Shown here piece by piece: positions 37,042 through 45,528 of a DNA stretch of 64,000 bases. The translations under genes and the position numbers were made by a program. Position 1 is the first letter of the stretch; every line of letters starts with the position of its first letter. The notes under the pieces are model-generated. The model was given only the letters and a program-made list of their open reading frames with translations, searched no databases and was not told the DNA's origin. The stretch is taken from positions 70,163 to 134,162 of the forward strand of contig JBAZKA010000002.1 in the NCBI GenBank assembly GCA_041651015.1, given 5' to 3'. This DNA comes from Patescibacteria group bacterium (lineage in GTDB: Bacteria > Patescibacteriota > Patescibacteriia > Magasanikbacterales > GWA2-37-8).

Positions 37042-38871
37042 ATGAACAATATCGCGAATAGACTGTCTAACGCGCAAATGCCGAGTGGCGCATTCGCGGG
37101 CAACGACGGTCAAGAATCGGTGATTATTACGGCCGGCATCTTATTGTTTTTGAATCGGTTGTCGGATGATGGTGATATCGCGCGAATAAAGAAAGGCGCG
37201 GGAAGTTGGCTTTTGAGCAAGAGAAATGAACAATGGTTGGTGGATAAAAATTTGGGTGTGAATTTTTTGGCGTTGACAGCGGTTTTTGAAAACGACAAAA
37301 ATATTTTTGATGGCACGGCTTTGGCAAAAATTTTAGTGGCGCTGTCCTCGTCCGAAGCCAAAGAAGGCGGGCCGTATTTTTCCGAACTTAATAGCGAAAA
37401 TAAAAAAATTGATTTGGGTGTTAATGCCGCTATCGCGCGGTTTTTGTTTTTGCACGAGGTGGAACTGCCGGAATTGACCGGGCTATTTGCCACGGCGATG
37501 GAAACCAAAGTTTTTTCATCCGAAATTTTTGCCGATGAATATTATGTAATTTATCTTCTTGCCGGATTTTATCGCGGTGAGCGCGCTGATAAGTTGTTTG
37601 AACATGTCCTTGCGCAAATTCGCGGAAGACATTTAGATTCGCCATTTGATAAATTGTTGGCGTTTGTTTCGCTCTTTCATCTTGGCGCAACGCCGGAATT
37701 GTTGCGCGAGTCGGCAGAAATACTTAATTTGGCAGAAATTTTATCCAACGATAATTTGAATCCAATAGGCGAAAAAAATTTATTTGTCACACCGGAATTA
37801 TTTTTGGCTCTTTGCATAACGGCGAATGAAACCATGGAAAAACAGGCCGGATTAATAAAAGACGAAACAAACGGCGCGCCGGATGATCAAGAAAAATTTA
37901 TTATGGAATTGATTTTAGAGAAGGCGGAAAAACGTTTTGCCAATCTCGTTGGCGGGATGAAAGAAATTGCTTGGCGCGAAATTACCAAAACTATTTCCCA
38001 AAATCCCGACCGACAGATGTCGCTCATGCCGTATTGTATGAAGCAAGCGTTGGGTAAAAACGGCCGGAAGATTTCCGATGACACAGTGGCCGAGATGGGG
38101 TTGGCTAATATTTTTTATTGGACCGCCTTTATTATTTATGATAATTTTTGGGATGTGGATGAAGAAGCCGACCCTCGGACATTACCAACCGCAAATTTAT
38201 ACGCTCGTCATTATTCAAATTTTTTCCACTCGCTCCTGCCGGAACGCACCGGTTTCAGAGAATTTTTTCGCGAGTTGATGGACAATCTGGATGCGGCTAA
38301 TACTTGGGAAACGACTTATTGCCGAACAAAAGTCGCGGGCAATCATTTTGTCGTTCCGGATTTTTTGCCGGATTACGGCGATTATGAGATGAAATACCGT
38401 CCGGCCTCCGGGCACGCGCTCGGATCCGCGGCCATGCTCTATATGCTCGGGTATAACGAAGATTCATCGGAGGTAAAAAATTTATTGGATTATTTTCGCT
38501 ACTATTTGATTGCCATGCAAATCAATGATGACGCTCATGATTGGGAGGAAGATATGGCGCGCGGACATTTAAGCACGGTGGTGGTGATGCTTTTGGAGGA
38601 CTTCAAACAAAAATATCCCGGTATCAGAGAAATTGATTTAGTTGAAGATAAAGAAAGCCTGCGTCAGATATTTTGGTTCAAGACAATTAAGCGCGCTTGC
38701 GAAACAGCCGTGCATTTTACGAATAAATCCCGTTTGGCTTTGCACACCATGAAAACACTGGAAAATTTTGCGCCACTGGAACGTTATATAGATATTACCG
38801 AGGCCGCGGCTCAAAAGGCTTTAAAAGAACAAAAAATGAGCGTGGAATTTTTAGGTGAGTTCAAGGATTAA
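37042..38871 (+). CDS. Isoprenoid-synthase-fold prenyltransferase (ComQ-like C-terminal domain) fused to a degenerate terpene-cyclase-like alpha/alpha N-terminal domain
   Basis: Asp-rich motifs IIYDNFWD and QINDDAHDWEED; QW-like QMPSGAF; starts 2 nt after the kinase stop. Confidence 0.72.
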   Translation: MNNIANRLSNAQMPSGAFAGNDGQESVIITAGILLFLNRLSDDGDIARIKKGAGSWLLSKRNEQWLVDKNLGVNFLALTAVFENDKNIFDGTALAKILVALSSSEAKEGGPYFSELNSENKKIDLGVNAAIARFLFLHEVELPELTGLFATAMETKVFSSEIFADEYYVIYLLAGFYRGERADKLFEHVLAQIRGRHLDSPFDKLLAFVSLFHLGATPELLRESAEILNLAEILSNDNLNPIGEKNLFVTPELFLALCITANETMEKQAGLIKDETNGAPDDQEKFIMELILEKAEKRFANLVGGMKEIAWREITKTISQNPDRQMSLMPYCMKQALGKNGRKISDDTVAEMGLANIFYWTAFIIYDNFWDVDEEADPRTLPTANLYARHYSNFFHSLLPERTGFREFFRELMDNLDAANTWETTYCRTKVAGNHFVVPDFLPDYGDYEMKYRPASGHALGSAAMLYMLGYNEDSSEVKNLLDYFRYYLIAMQINDDAHDWEEDMARGHLSTVVVMLLEDFKQKYPGIREIDLVEDKESLRQIFWFKTIKRACETAVHFTNKSRLALHTMKTLENFAPLERYIDITEAAAQKALKEQKMSVEFLGEFKD

Positions 38872-38939
38872 AACATAATCAACCGTAAAAAAATTCCGTC
38901 CCGCAGAATGCAGAACGGAATTTTTTAATTGAATTTGTT

Positions 38940-39377
38940 TTAGTCCAAGAATTTGAATTTGTCCGCGAAATCTCCGATGAACGGCAGTTTTTCTTTTTTG
39001 CCGTTGGCCGCATTGATAATGCCGATGATGGCAAAGACCAAAGTGGCGAGACCAAGCAAGCTGAAAAGCCATGACCAAGTCAAAATATAATACCAAGGAA
39101 TCATGGCGCGAATAATCCAAAGGATGGCTGAAACAGCAAAAATTAAAAATCCTTGTTTGACGTGGAATCTGACAAAAGGATCCTTTTTTGCGTCGGTCAA
39201 AAGCGGAATAAAGAATAAAATGTAAGCGACAATGGCCATGCCGGTGTTCGGCTCTCCATTCGCCGGAGCGGGTGAAGTCGGTTGGGGCGCCACCGGTGTC
39301 GGCGTCGGTTGTTGAGGCGTCATCGGCGGCACGGGTGTGCTTACCGGCGCCACCGGTTGATTATTCTGCTCGTCCAT
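38940..39377 (-). CDS. DUF4870-like membrane protein with Pro-rich N-terminus
   Basis: AIVAYILFFIPL, FVRFHVKQG, GIINAANG..LPFIG. Confidence 0.8.
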   Translation of the reverse strand: MDEQNNQPVAPVSTPVPPMTPQQPTPTPVAPQPTSPAPANGEPNTGMAIVAYILFFIPLLTDAKKDPFVRFHVKQGFLIFAVSAILWIIRAMIPWYYILTWSWLFSLLGLATLVFAIIGIINAANGKKEKLPFIGDFADKFKFLD

Positions 39378-39409
39378 AGTAGTTTCAATAAATTAATTAA
39401 AAATCAAAA

Positions 39410-40057
39410 TTATTGATGAGAATTTCCTTGCTCGGCGTTGATAACAATAGCGGTAATGACTTGCTCGTCCTTGTTAAAGCCGATGGTGTAGGTGAAATTA
39501 TCTTTTTGCGCCATGATGGACGCGGCCTCGTTTTGTTGGATGTTGGTAATAATTTTCATGCCGCGATTTTCCATTTCTTTGGCAATGGAACCGGCGTCTG
39601 ATACGGCCACAAGTTTGGGCAAAGTATATTGAAAGATGCCAGAGCCGCTGTTCATGCCCATATAGCCACTGACAAAACTTGAGAGTTTGTAATCATCGTA
39701 GACTGCCTTGATGATTCCGCCGACTTCATCAGCAATGGCCTTGTGCGTGCTGTCGCCGATTTCTTGATTTTCAGCATTGGCAAAAATTTCAGCCGGTGTT
39801 AATTCTTTACCCTCATCGCCGGAGTTTTCGTTATTCATCATTTGGCCTCCAGCTTCAATGCCCAAGTTTTTGAGCATGTTTTGAGCGGTTCGGTCTGCGC
39901 GCCAGCGCGAAAAGGCCGTGTATCCAATGCCGATAACCAGAATCGCGGCAATGGCAATTATAAGGGCTGTTTTATTATTATTTCCGCCTGTTGGAGTTGT
40001 GGTTGGTGTGCTCGGCGCCACTGGAGCGGAGGGCGTCGGATTTACGTTATTTTCCAT
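39410..40057 (-). CDS. Single-TM hypothetical protein
   Basis: Pro/Thr-rich N-terminus followed by a TM. Confidence 0.7.
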   Translation of the reverse strand: MENNVNPTPSAPVAPSTPTTTPTGGNNNKTALIIAIAAILVIGIGYTAFSRWRADRTAQNMLKNLGIEAGGQMMNNENSGDEGKELTPAEIFANAENQEIGDSTHKAIADEVGGIIKAVYDDYKLSSFVSGYMGMNSGSGIFQYTLPKLVAVSDAGSIAKEMENRGMKIITNIQQNEAASIMAQKDNFTYTIGFNKDEQVITAIVINAEQGNSHQ

Positions 40058-40233
40058 ATTTATTCAAAATTTGCCTCGGCTTACGCGCCGATGTGTGGTT
40101 ATATTAGCACGGGATTAGTTAAGGCGCAAGAAGCGTGGCGGTCTGAGCTTGACATATTTTTATTTTATGTTATATTAGATGCGCTAAATCGGCGATACCA
40201 ATGGTAAAGCCTAATGATGTATATTTTTTTGTT

Positions 40234-40833
40234 ATGAATAAATACGAGTTATTGTTGGTCCTGCCGGGCACCTTGGATGAAAAGGAAGCGGCGGCGAAAA
40301 CTGACGAAGTGGTGGCGCTCATCAAAGAAGTTGGGCAAGAAGCGGAATTAAAAGTAATGGGGAAAAATCGTTTGGCCTATCCAATTCAACAGGTACGCTA
40401 TGGTTATTTTTACACGATAATTTTTTCCGCTGATACTGAAAATATTAAAAAAATTGAGACAAAATTACGCTTGACTCGCGGTTTGCTTCGCGCCATTGTC
40501 GCACGCTACAACAAAGCTTTGGACGGAGCGGAAAACACCGCTCGTCTGACTGGCATGACGGCGCACGTTGAGGCGGAAGAAGCTGAAAACAACGACGTGG
40601 TGGCCGTGGTGGAAACAGCCGAGCCGGAAGTTGAGATCTCCGAGCCGGTGAGCGTCGCTGAAGCACCGGCGGCAACTGTTGAAACAGAGCCAATGGATGA
40701 GACGCCGGCGGTTGAAGAGGAAAAAGAGGAAAAGAAAGAGGAAAAAAAATCAACCAAAGCCCCTGTTATGGATTTGAAAGAGATTGATAAAAAGTTGGAT
40801 GAGATTCTGGCTGATGATAATTTAAATATATAA
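40234..40833 (+). CDS. rpsF: 30S ribosomal protein S6 with long acidic C-terminal tail
   Basis: KYELL, MGKNRLAYPI; rpsF-ssb-rpsR order. Confidence 0.93.
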   Translation: MNKYELLLVLPGTLDEKEAAAKTDEVVALIKEVGQEAELKVMGKNRLAYPIQQVRYGYFYTIIFSADTENIKKIETKLRLTRGLLRAIVARYNKALDGAENTARLTGMTAHVEAEEAENNDVVAVVETAEPEVEISEPVSVAEAPAATVETEPMDETPAVEEEKEEKKEEKKSTKAPVMDLKEIDKKLDEILADDNLNI

Positions 40834-40865
40834 TTTGACCTGTTAAATTATTTTAATTATTTAAT

Positions 40866-41297
40866 ATGGATCTCAATCGCGTGATGTTAATCGGCAACAT
40901 GACCCGAGACCCGGAAGTGCGCGCCACTCCGACCGGTCGTTCGGTTGCTTCGTTCAGCATCGCCACCAATCGCGTCTGGACAGATGCCAACGGCCAGAAA
41001 CAAAAACAAGCTGAATTTCACAATGTGGTATTTTGGGCCAAACTTGCGGATATTTGCGGTCAGTATTTGAAGAAAGGCCAGAAAATTTACGTGGAAGGCC
41101 GCTTGCAAACACGCGAATGGACCGGACAAGACGGCATTAAACGCTATCGCACGGAAATTATCGGAGAGAATATGATTATGTTGTCTTCGCGCCAAGGTGG
41201 TCCGGCGGGCGACAGTTCCGGCATCCCGTCGTATGCTGAAGAGGCGCCGCAAGAAACGGCTGAAGAAGTAATAAAGGTTGAAGATATTCCATTTTAA
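40866..41297 (+). CDS. ssb: Single-stranded DNA-binding protein
   Basis: NRVMLIGN, VEGRLQTR, C-terminal EDIPF. Confidence 0.97.
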   Translation: MDLNRVMLIGNMTRDPEVRATPTGRSVASFSIATNRVWTDANGQKQKQAEFHNVVFWAKLADICGQYLKKGQKIYVEGRLQTREWTGQDGIKRYRTEIIGENMIMLSSRQGGPAGDSSGIPSYAEEAPQETAEEVIKVEDIPF

Positions 41298-41306
41298 TAA
41301 ACAATT

Positions 41307-41531
41307 ATGCTTTCATCGAAAGAACAACTGCAAAAAGGTTGTCTGTATTGCGCCAACCAACGAACCGTGGTGGATTATAAAGACATTGCCAGCTTGCGCC
41401 GTTTCGTCTCTTCATATATGAAGATTGCTCCGCGCCGCCGCTCGGGACTTTGCGCCAAACATCAGCGCCAAGTGTCCAGCGCCATCAAGCGCGCGCGCCA
41501 GGCCTCGCTCATGCCTTTCATGCCCAAGTAA
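41307..41531 (+). CDS. rpsR: 30S ribosomal protein S18
   Basis: VDYKD, KIAPRRRSGLCAKHQR, AIKRAR. Confidence 0.95.
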   Translation: MLSSKEQLQKGCLYCANQRTVVDYKDIASLRRFVSSYMKIAPRRRSGLCAKHQRQVSSAIKRARQASLMPFMPK

Positions 41532-41605
41532 TTTGTGTAGGGTTTAATCTATTTTCAAACACGGCGCACTATATTGGTGCGTCGTGTGTTGTTAAATAAT
41601 ATTTT

Positions 41606-42634
41606 ATGCTGTGGTCGGATTTAAAAAATAATCCTCGTCTCAAAAAATATTATGATACGCGGATAAATATTACAAAATTAATTCGCGAATTTTTTTGGTC
41701 GCAAAATTTTCTGGAAGCGGAAACTCCGATTGCCGCGCGTTTGCCCGGGCAAGAGCCGTATTTGAATCCAATTCCGGTTGATTTTCACGAACCAAATGGC
41801 GCGGCCGCAAAAATGTATTTGCAGACTTCGCCGGAATTTGCCTTGAAAAAATTGTTGGCTGCGGGTTATGAAAAGATTTTTCAAATTTTCAAATGTTTTC
41901 GCGATTACGAACAGTTTGGCGGTAATCACAATACTGAATTTACGATGATTGAATGGTATCGCGCGCCCGGAACACTGGAAAATATTATGGATGATACGGA
42001 AAATTTATTTAAGTATGTGGCGGAAAAGTTGAAAATTTTTGTCGTTGAATATAAAGATAAAAAAGTAAATATAACGGGCGAGTGGGAGAGGATGACCATG
42101 CGCGAAGTCTGGAAAATATATGCCGGCGTTGAGTTGAATGATTATTTGACGAATGAAAAAATGGCCGAGCTCGTACACGAGCGCGGGCTCGTGGCGGACG
42201 CGAATGATGAATATGAGGATTTGTTTTACAAAATATTTTTGAACGAGATTGAAACAAATCTTGGGATGGAAAAACCGATTATGATTTATGATTATCCCGA
42301 GCAAATGTGTTCGCTTTCGCGATTGTCAAAAAATGACCCGCGCTATGCCGAGCGATTTGAACTGTATATTGGCGGGTTGGAATTGGCGAATGCCTTTGGC
42401 GAACTGACGGACGCGGTGGATCAAAAGAAACGGCTGGAAGCGGACAAGTTAAAACGTGAACAACTCGGCAAAGAGACGTGGCCGGTTGATCCGGATTTTA
42501 TAAACGCGATCAAAGAGTTGGACAATGCGCCGGCTGCCGGAACTGCGCTCGGCATTGACCGCATGGCTATGCTTTTTACCGGCGCGAACGACATTAACGA
42601 AGTGATTTTTCAGGCCATGGGGGATGAAAGATGA
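41606..42634 (+). CDS. epmA: EF-P lysine aminoacylase EpmA/GenX
   Basis: YLQTSPE, HNTEFTMIEWY, ERFELY, GIDR; lacks an anticodon-binding domain. Confidence 0.9.
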   Translation: MLWSDLKNNPRLKKYYDTRINITKLIREFFWSQNFLEAETPIAARLPGQEPYLNPIPVDFHEPNGAAAKMYLQTSPEFALKKLLAAGYEKIFQIFKCFRDYEQFGGNHNTEFTMIEWYRAPGTLENIMDDTENLFKYVAEKLKIFVVEYKDKKVNITGEWERMTMREVWKIYAGVELNDYLTNEKMAELVHERGLVADANDEYEDLFYKIFLNEIETNLGMEKPIMIYDYPEQMCSLSRLSKNDPRYAERFELYIGGLELANAFGELTDAVDQKKRLEADKLKREQLGKETWPVDPDFINAIKELDNAPAAGTALGIDRMAMLFTGANDINEVIFQAMGDER

Positions 42635-42675
42635 TTTTGTGCTATAATAAATTGAGTTAGCCAGTCGTTTGTGCT

Positions 42676-43170
42676 ATGTCTTTCCTTCGTTCTAAAATTA
42701 GTAAGATAAATTTGTCCGTCATTGAGTCGGGTATTATTTATTTTGTTATTTATGGATTTATCGGCTGGTTGATTGACTCAATGTATCGTTCTTTTGAAGC
42801 CGGTCAAATTATTTTTGGCGGAATGTTTCTAAGTTTTTATTGGCCCATTCCGTTTGCCCCGATTTACGGATTCGGCGCGTTGATTTTGATTGCATTCAAA
42901 AAAGTTTTATGGAACAAGAATCCGTTTTTGGTCGTGCCGGCTGTCGGTATTATCCTTACCGCGGTGGAATATTTGGGCGGGGAATTTACTCTGGCGGTTT
43001 TACAGCATCGCGCTTGGGATTATTCAAAAAATTTTTTAAACTTTCGCGGGCATATAGATTTGCTCAACGGGCTTTGTTGGATGGCTTTGGGCTGGGCGTT
43101 TGTTAAGTTTATACATCCGGCGGTGGAAATATTAGCAAAAAGAATTTTGACGCGGCTTCATGGAAATTGA
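42676..43170 (+). CDS. Putative ABC transporter permease (CmpB/DUF1113-like)
   Basis: YGFIGW, PIYGFG, VEYLGG, WDYS..NFRG. Confidence 0.8.
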   Translation: MSFLRSKISKINLSVIESGIIYFVIYGFIGWLIDSMYRSFEAGQIIFGGMFLSFYWPIPFAPIYGFGALILIAFKKVLWNKNPFLVVPAVGIILTAVEYLGGEFTLAVLQHRAWDYSKNFLNFRGHIDLLNGLCWMALGWAFVKFIHPAVEILAKRILTRLHGN

Positions 43171-43245
43171 TTATTCCACAGCTGGCGGGGATTTAAAAAA
43201 TCCCCCGGGAGTTCCCCGAGGGATTTTGATGATTTATAAAATTTT

Positions 43246-43638
43246 TTAGCTCAAAATTTCGTAAACATTACTCACGTCGGCGTCAAATGAGTCGGGGAGT
43301 TTACTCACGGCCTTGGCGCGGTTGGCCGACACCAGAAATAGATCCACATTGATCGGATCTTTTTTTGCGCCAAAAATATTTTTGTATTCTTCCTCTTTTT
43401 CCGGTTTGACGTCGGTCAGAATTAAAAAATGTCTAGTCTTGTCCTTGTCGTTAAATTCCATAATTTGTACATGGTGAAAAAACGACTCGGCCTCGTTGGT
43501 GTCTTTGCAGGCGGTAAATAAATCACGCCAAATATTTTTTAAATCTTTGATGGCGGGTAATACCTCAACTTTTGGTTCAAATTGTTCCGGCTCGCCTTCC
43601 TCGGTTGGCGTATCCGGATGAAACGATGCTTCATTCAT
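43246..43638 (-). CDS. Hypothetical protein
   Basis: 130-aa ORF with AT-rich start context. Confidence 0.6.
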   Translation of the reverse strand: MNEASFHPDTPTEEGEPEQFEPKVEVLPAIKDLKNIWRDLFTACKDTNEAESFFHHVQIMEFNDKDKTRHFLILTDVKPEKEEEYKNIFGAKKDPINVDLFLVSANRAKAVSKLPDSFDADVSNVYEILS

Positions 43639-43775
43639 ATAAATTGCATTTTAAACTAAAATTATTATTTTGTAAACAAAAAAAGAAACCCCGCAGTTTC
43701 TTTCGGCAAGCCGATTGAATACTGCGGGGCGACCGTCTCATGAATGCTCGGATGAGCGAGACGGGAAAGGGCGAA

Positions 43776-44012
43776 CTAGCGGGCGGAGACAGCGAGGGTG
43801 TCCTCGCCGTCCGTGTGGCGGAACTTCGCGTGGAGCTTCAGCGCGTCACCGAGCTTGGCCGGGTTGACCTTCGGGGTCGCGGCAGGCGCGGCCTTGGCGT
43901 CCGGCGCCGTGTAGGTGACTTCCACTTCGGAGGTCGGATTCGCGAACGCGATCGAGCTGAAGAGGCCGGAGAAGATACTGACGGTGACGATGATGGCGAA
44001 AAACTTCTTCAT
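43776..44012 (-). CDS. Small secreted hypothetical protein (78 aa)
   Basis: Signal peptide MKKFFAII...AFA; SD AGGAG; promoter at 44287-44259. Confidence 0.6.
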   Translation of the reverse strand: MKKFFAIIVTVSIFSGLFSSIAFANPTSEVEVTYTAPDAKAAPAATPKVNPAKLGDALKLHAKFRHTDGEDTLAVSAR

Positions 44013-44543
44013 AATTGACTCCTGTTTGTTGGTCGGCGCGCCTTTGTGGCGACAGCCGACTTTGTTTTTGGTGGACACTCTGTTTGAAGACAAATTTTGG
44101 CTTAAAACAGTGTATCCACCAATTTCCGCTAGTTTGTAAAGGGCATATAAAACGAGAAAAACTCCCGTTTTGAGAGAGTTTTATACAGAAATTACACTAA
44201 AAGTGTATTTATTGTTGTTTTCGTAAGTAACGCTCTCTCAACGTTAATTACAAAAATAAGTATAGCACATTTTGAAGGTTTTGTCAAGCCCCCCGACCAT
44301 ATTTTTTTGGCTAAGATTAGCTAAAATTTGGATGCCATTTTTTGGCTAAGATTAGGGAAAATCCAATGTTCTTAAATTACTCTTGACAAAATCCGCGTCA
44401 TCATATATTCTATGGCCAGAACGTCAACTTCGTTTTGGTCAATCTAACCAAGATGAACGAGAAACCTTTAGCATAAAATCGTGGCTGATTTTAACAAAAG
44501 GGTTTCTTTTTGTTTAACAAAATTAAATCTGAAGTAATAATCT

Positions 44544-44972
44544 ATGCCAACAATCAACCAAGTGTTGCGCAAAGGCCGTAAGAATAAGATTACCAAATCT
44601 AAAACTCCGGCTTTGCAATATCTCACCGATAACTTGCACCGCAAGAAAACCGTGCTCTCCAAAGGCTGTGCCTTTAAGCGCGGCGTGTGCACCAAAGTGT
44701 ACACCACCACTCCGAAGAAACCGAACTCCGCGCTCCGCAAAGTCGCCAAAGTTCGTTTGTCCAACGGTCAAGAAGTCATCGCCTATATTCCGGGCGAAGG
44801 ACACAATTTACAGGAACATTCCATCGTGCTCATTCGCGGCGGTCGTGTGAAAGATTTGCCGGGCGTCCGCTACCACATTGTGCGCGGTGTTTATGATACA
44901 CAAGGAATTGAAACTCGCCGACGCGGTCGAAGCGTTTACGGCACCAAGCGTCCGAAAGCGAAAAAAGCGTAA
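44544..44972 (+). CDS. rpsL: 30S ribosomal protein S12
   Basis: [22 protein letters not shown]. Confidence 0.98.
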   Translation: MPTINQVLRKGRKNKITKSKTPALQYLTDNLHRKKTVLSKGCAFKRGVCTKVYTTTPKKPNSALRKVAKVRLSNGQEVIAYIPGEGHNLQEHSIVLIRGGRVKDLPGVRYHIVRGVYDTQGIETRRRGRSVYGTKRPKAKKA

Positions 44973-45015
44973 TGCGATACTAATATACTAATGCATACTA
45001 ATAATACGAATAAAT

Positions 45016-45492
45016 ATGAGAGGTAAAAAAGCAATTAAACGTGAAGCCGCGCCGGATTCCAAATACGGCAATGCTTTGCTCGGAAAATTCATTAACTACG
45101 TGATGCTCGGCGGAAAGAAAACCACTGCCGAGAAAATCGTGTATGGCGCTATGGAAAAAATTGCCGCTGAAACAAATAAAGACGCGGTGAAGATTTTTGA
45201 GGAAGCTATCCGTACGGTTTCTCCGCAAGTGGAAGTACGCTCCAAACGCGTGGGTGGCGCCAACTACCAAGTACCGTTGCCGGTGCGCGGTGAACGCCAG
45301 AACGCTCTCGCGTTCCGTTGGATTATTGACGCGGCTCGCGCCAAAAAAGGCCAACCGATGCTGGACAAACTCGCGACCGTGTTGAACGAGGCCTCTCAAG
45401 GACTCGGCGACGCCATCAAGAAACGCGACGAGGTCCATCGTATGGCTGATGCCAACAAGGCCTTTGCCCATTTCGCCAGATTCGCGAAATAA
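45016..45492 (+). CDS. rpsG: 30S ribosomal protein S7
   Basis: RVGGANYQVP, MADANKAFAH. Confidence 0.98.
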   Translation: MRGKKAIKREAAPDSKYGNALLGKFINYVMLGGKKTTAEKIVYGAMEKIAAETNKDAVKIFEEAIRTVSPQVEVRSKRVGGANYQVPLPVRGERQNALAFRWIIDAARAKKGQPMLDKLATVLNEASQGLGDAIKKRDEVHRMADANKAFAHFARFAK

Positions 45493-45528
45493 AAATTCAA
45501 AAATTAAAAAAATTAAAAATTTGAATTT

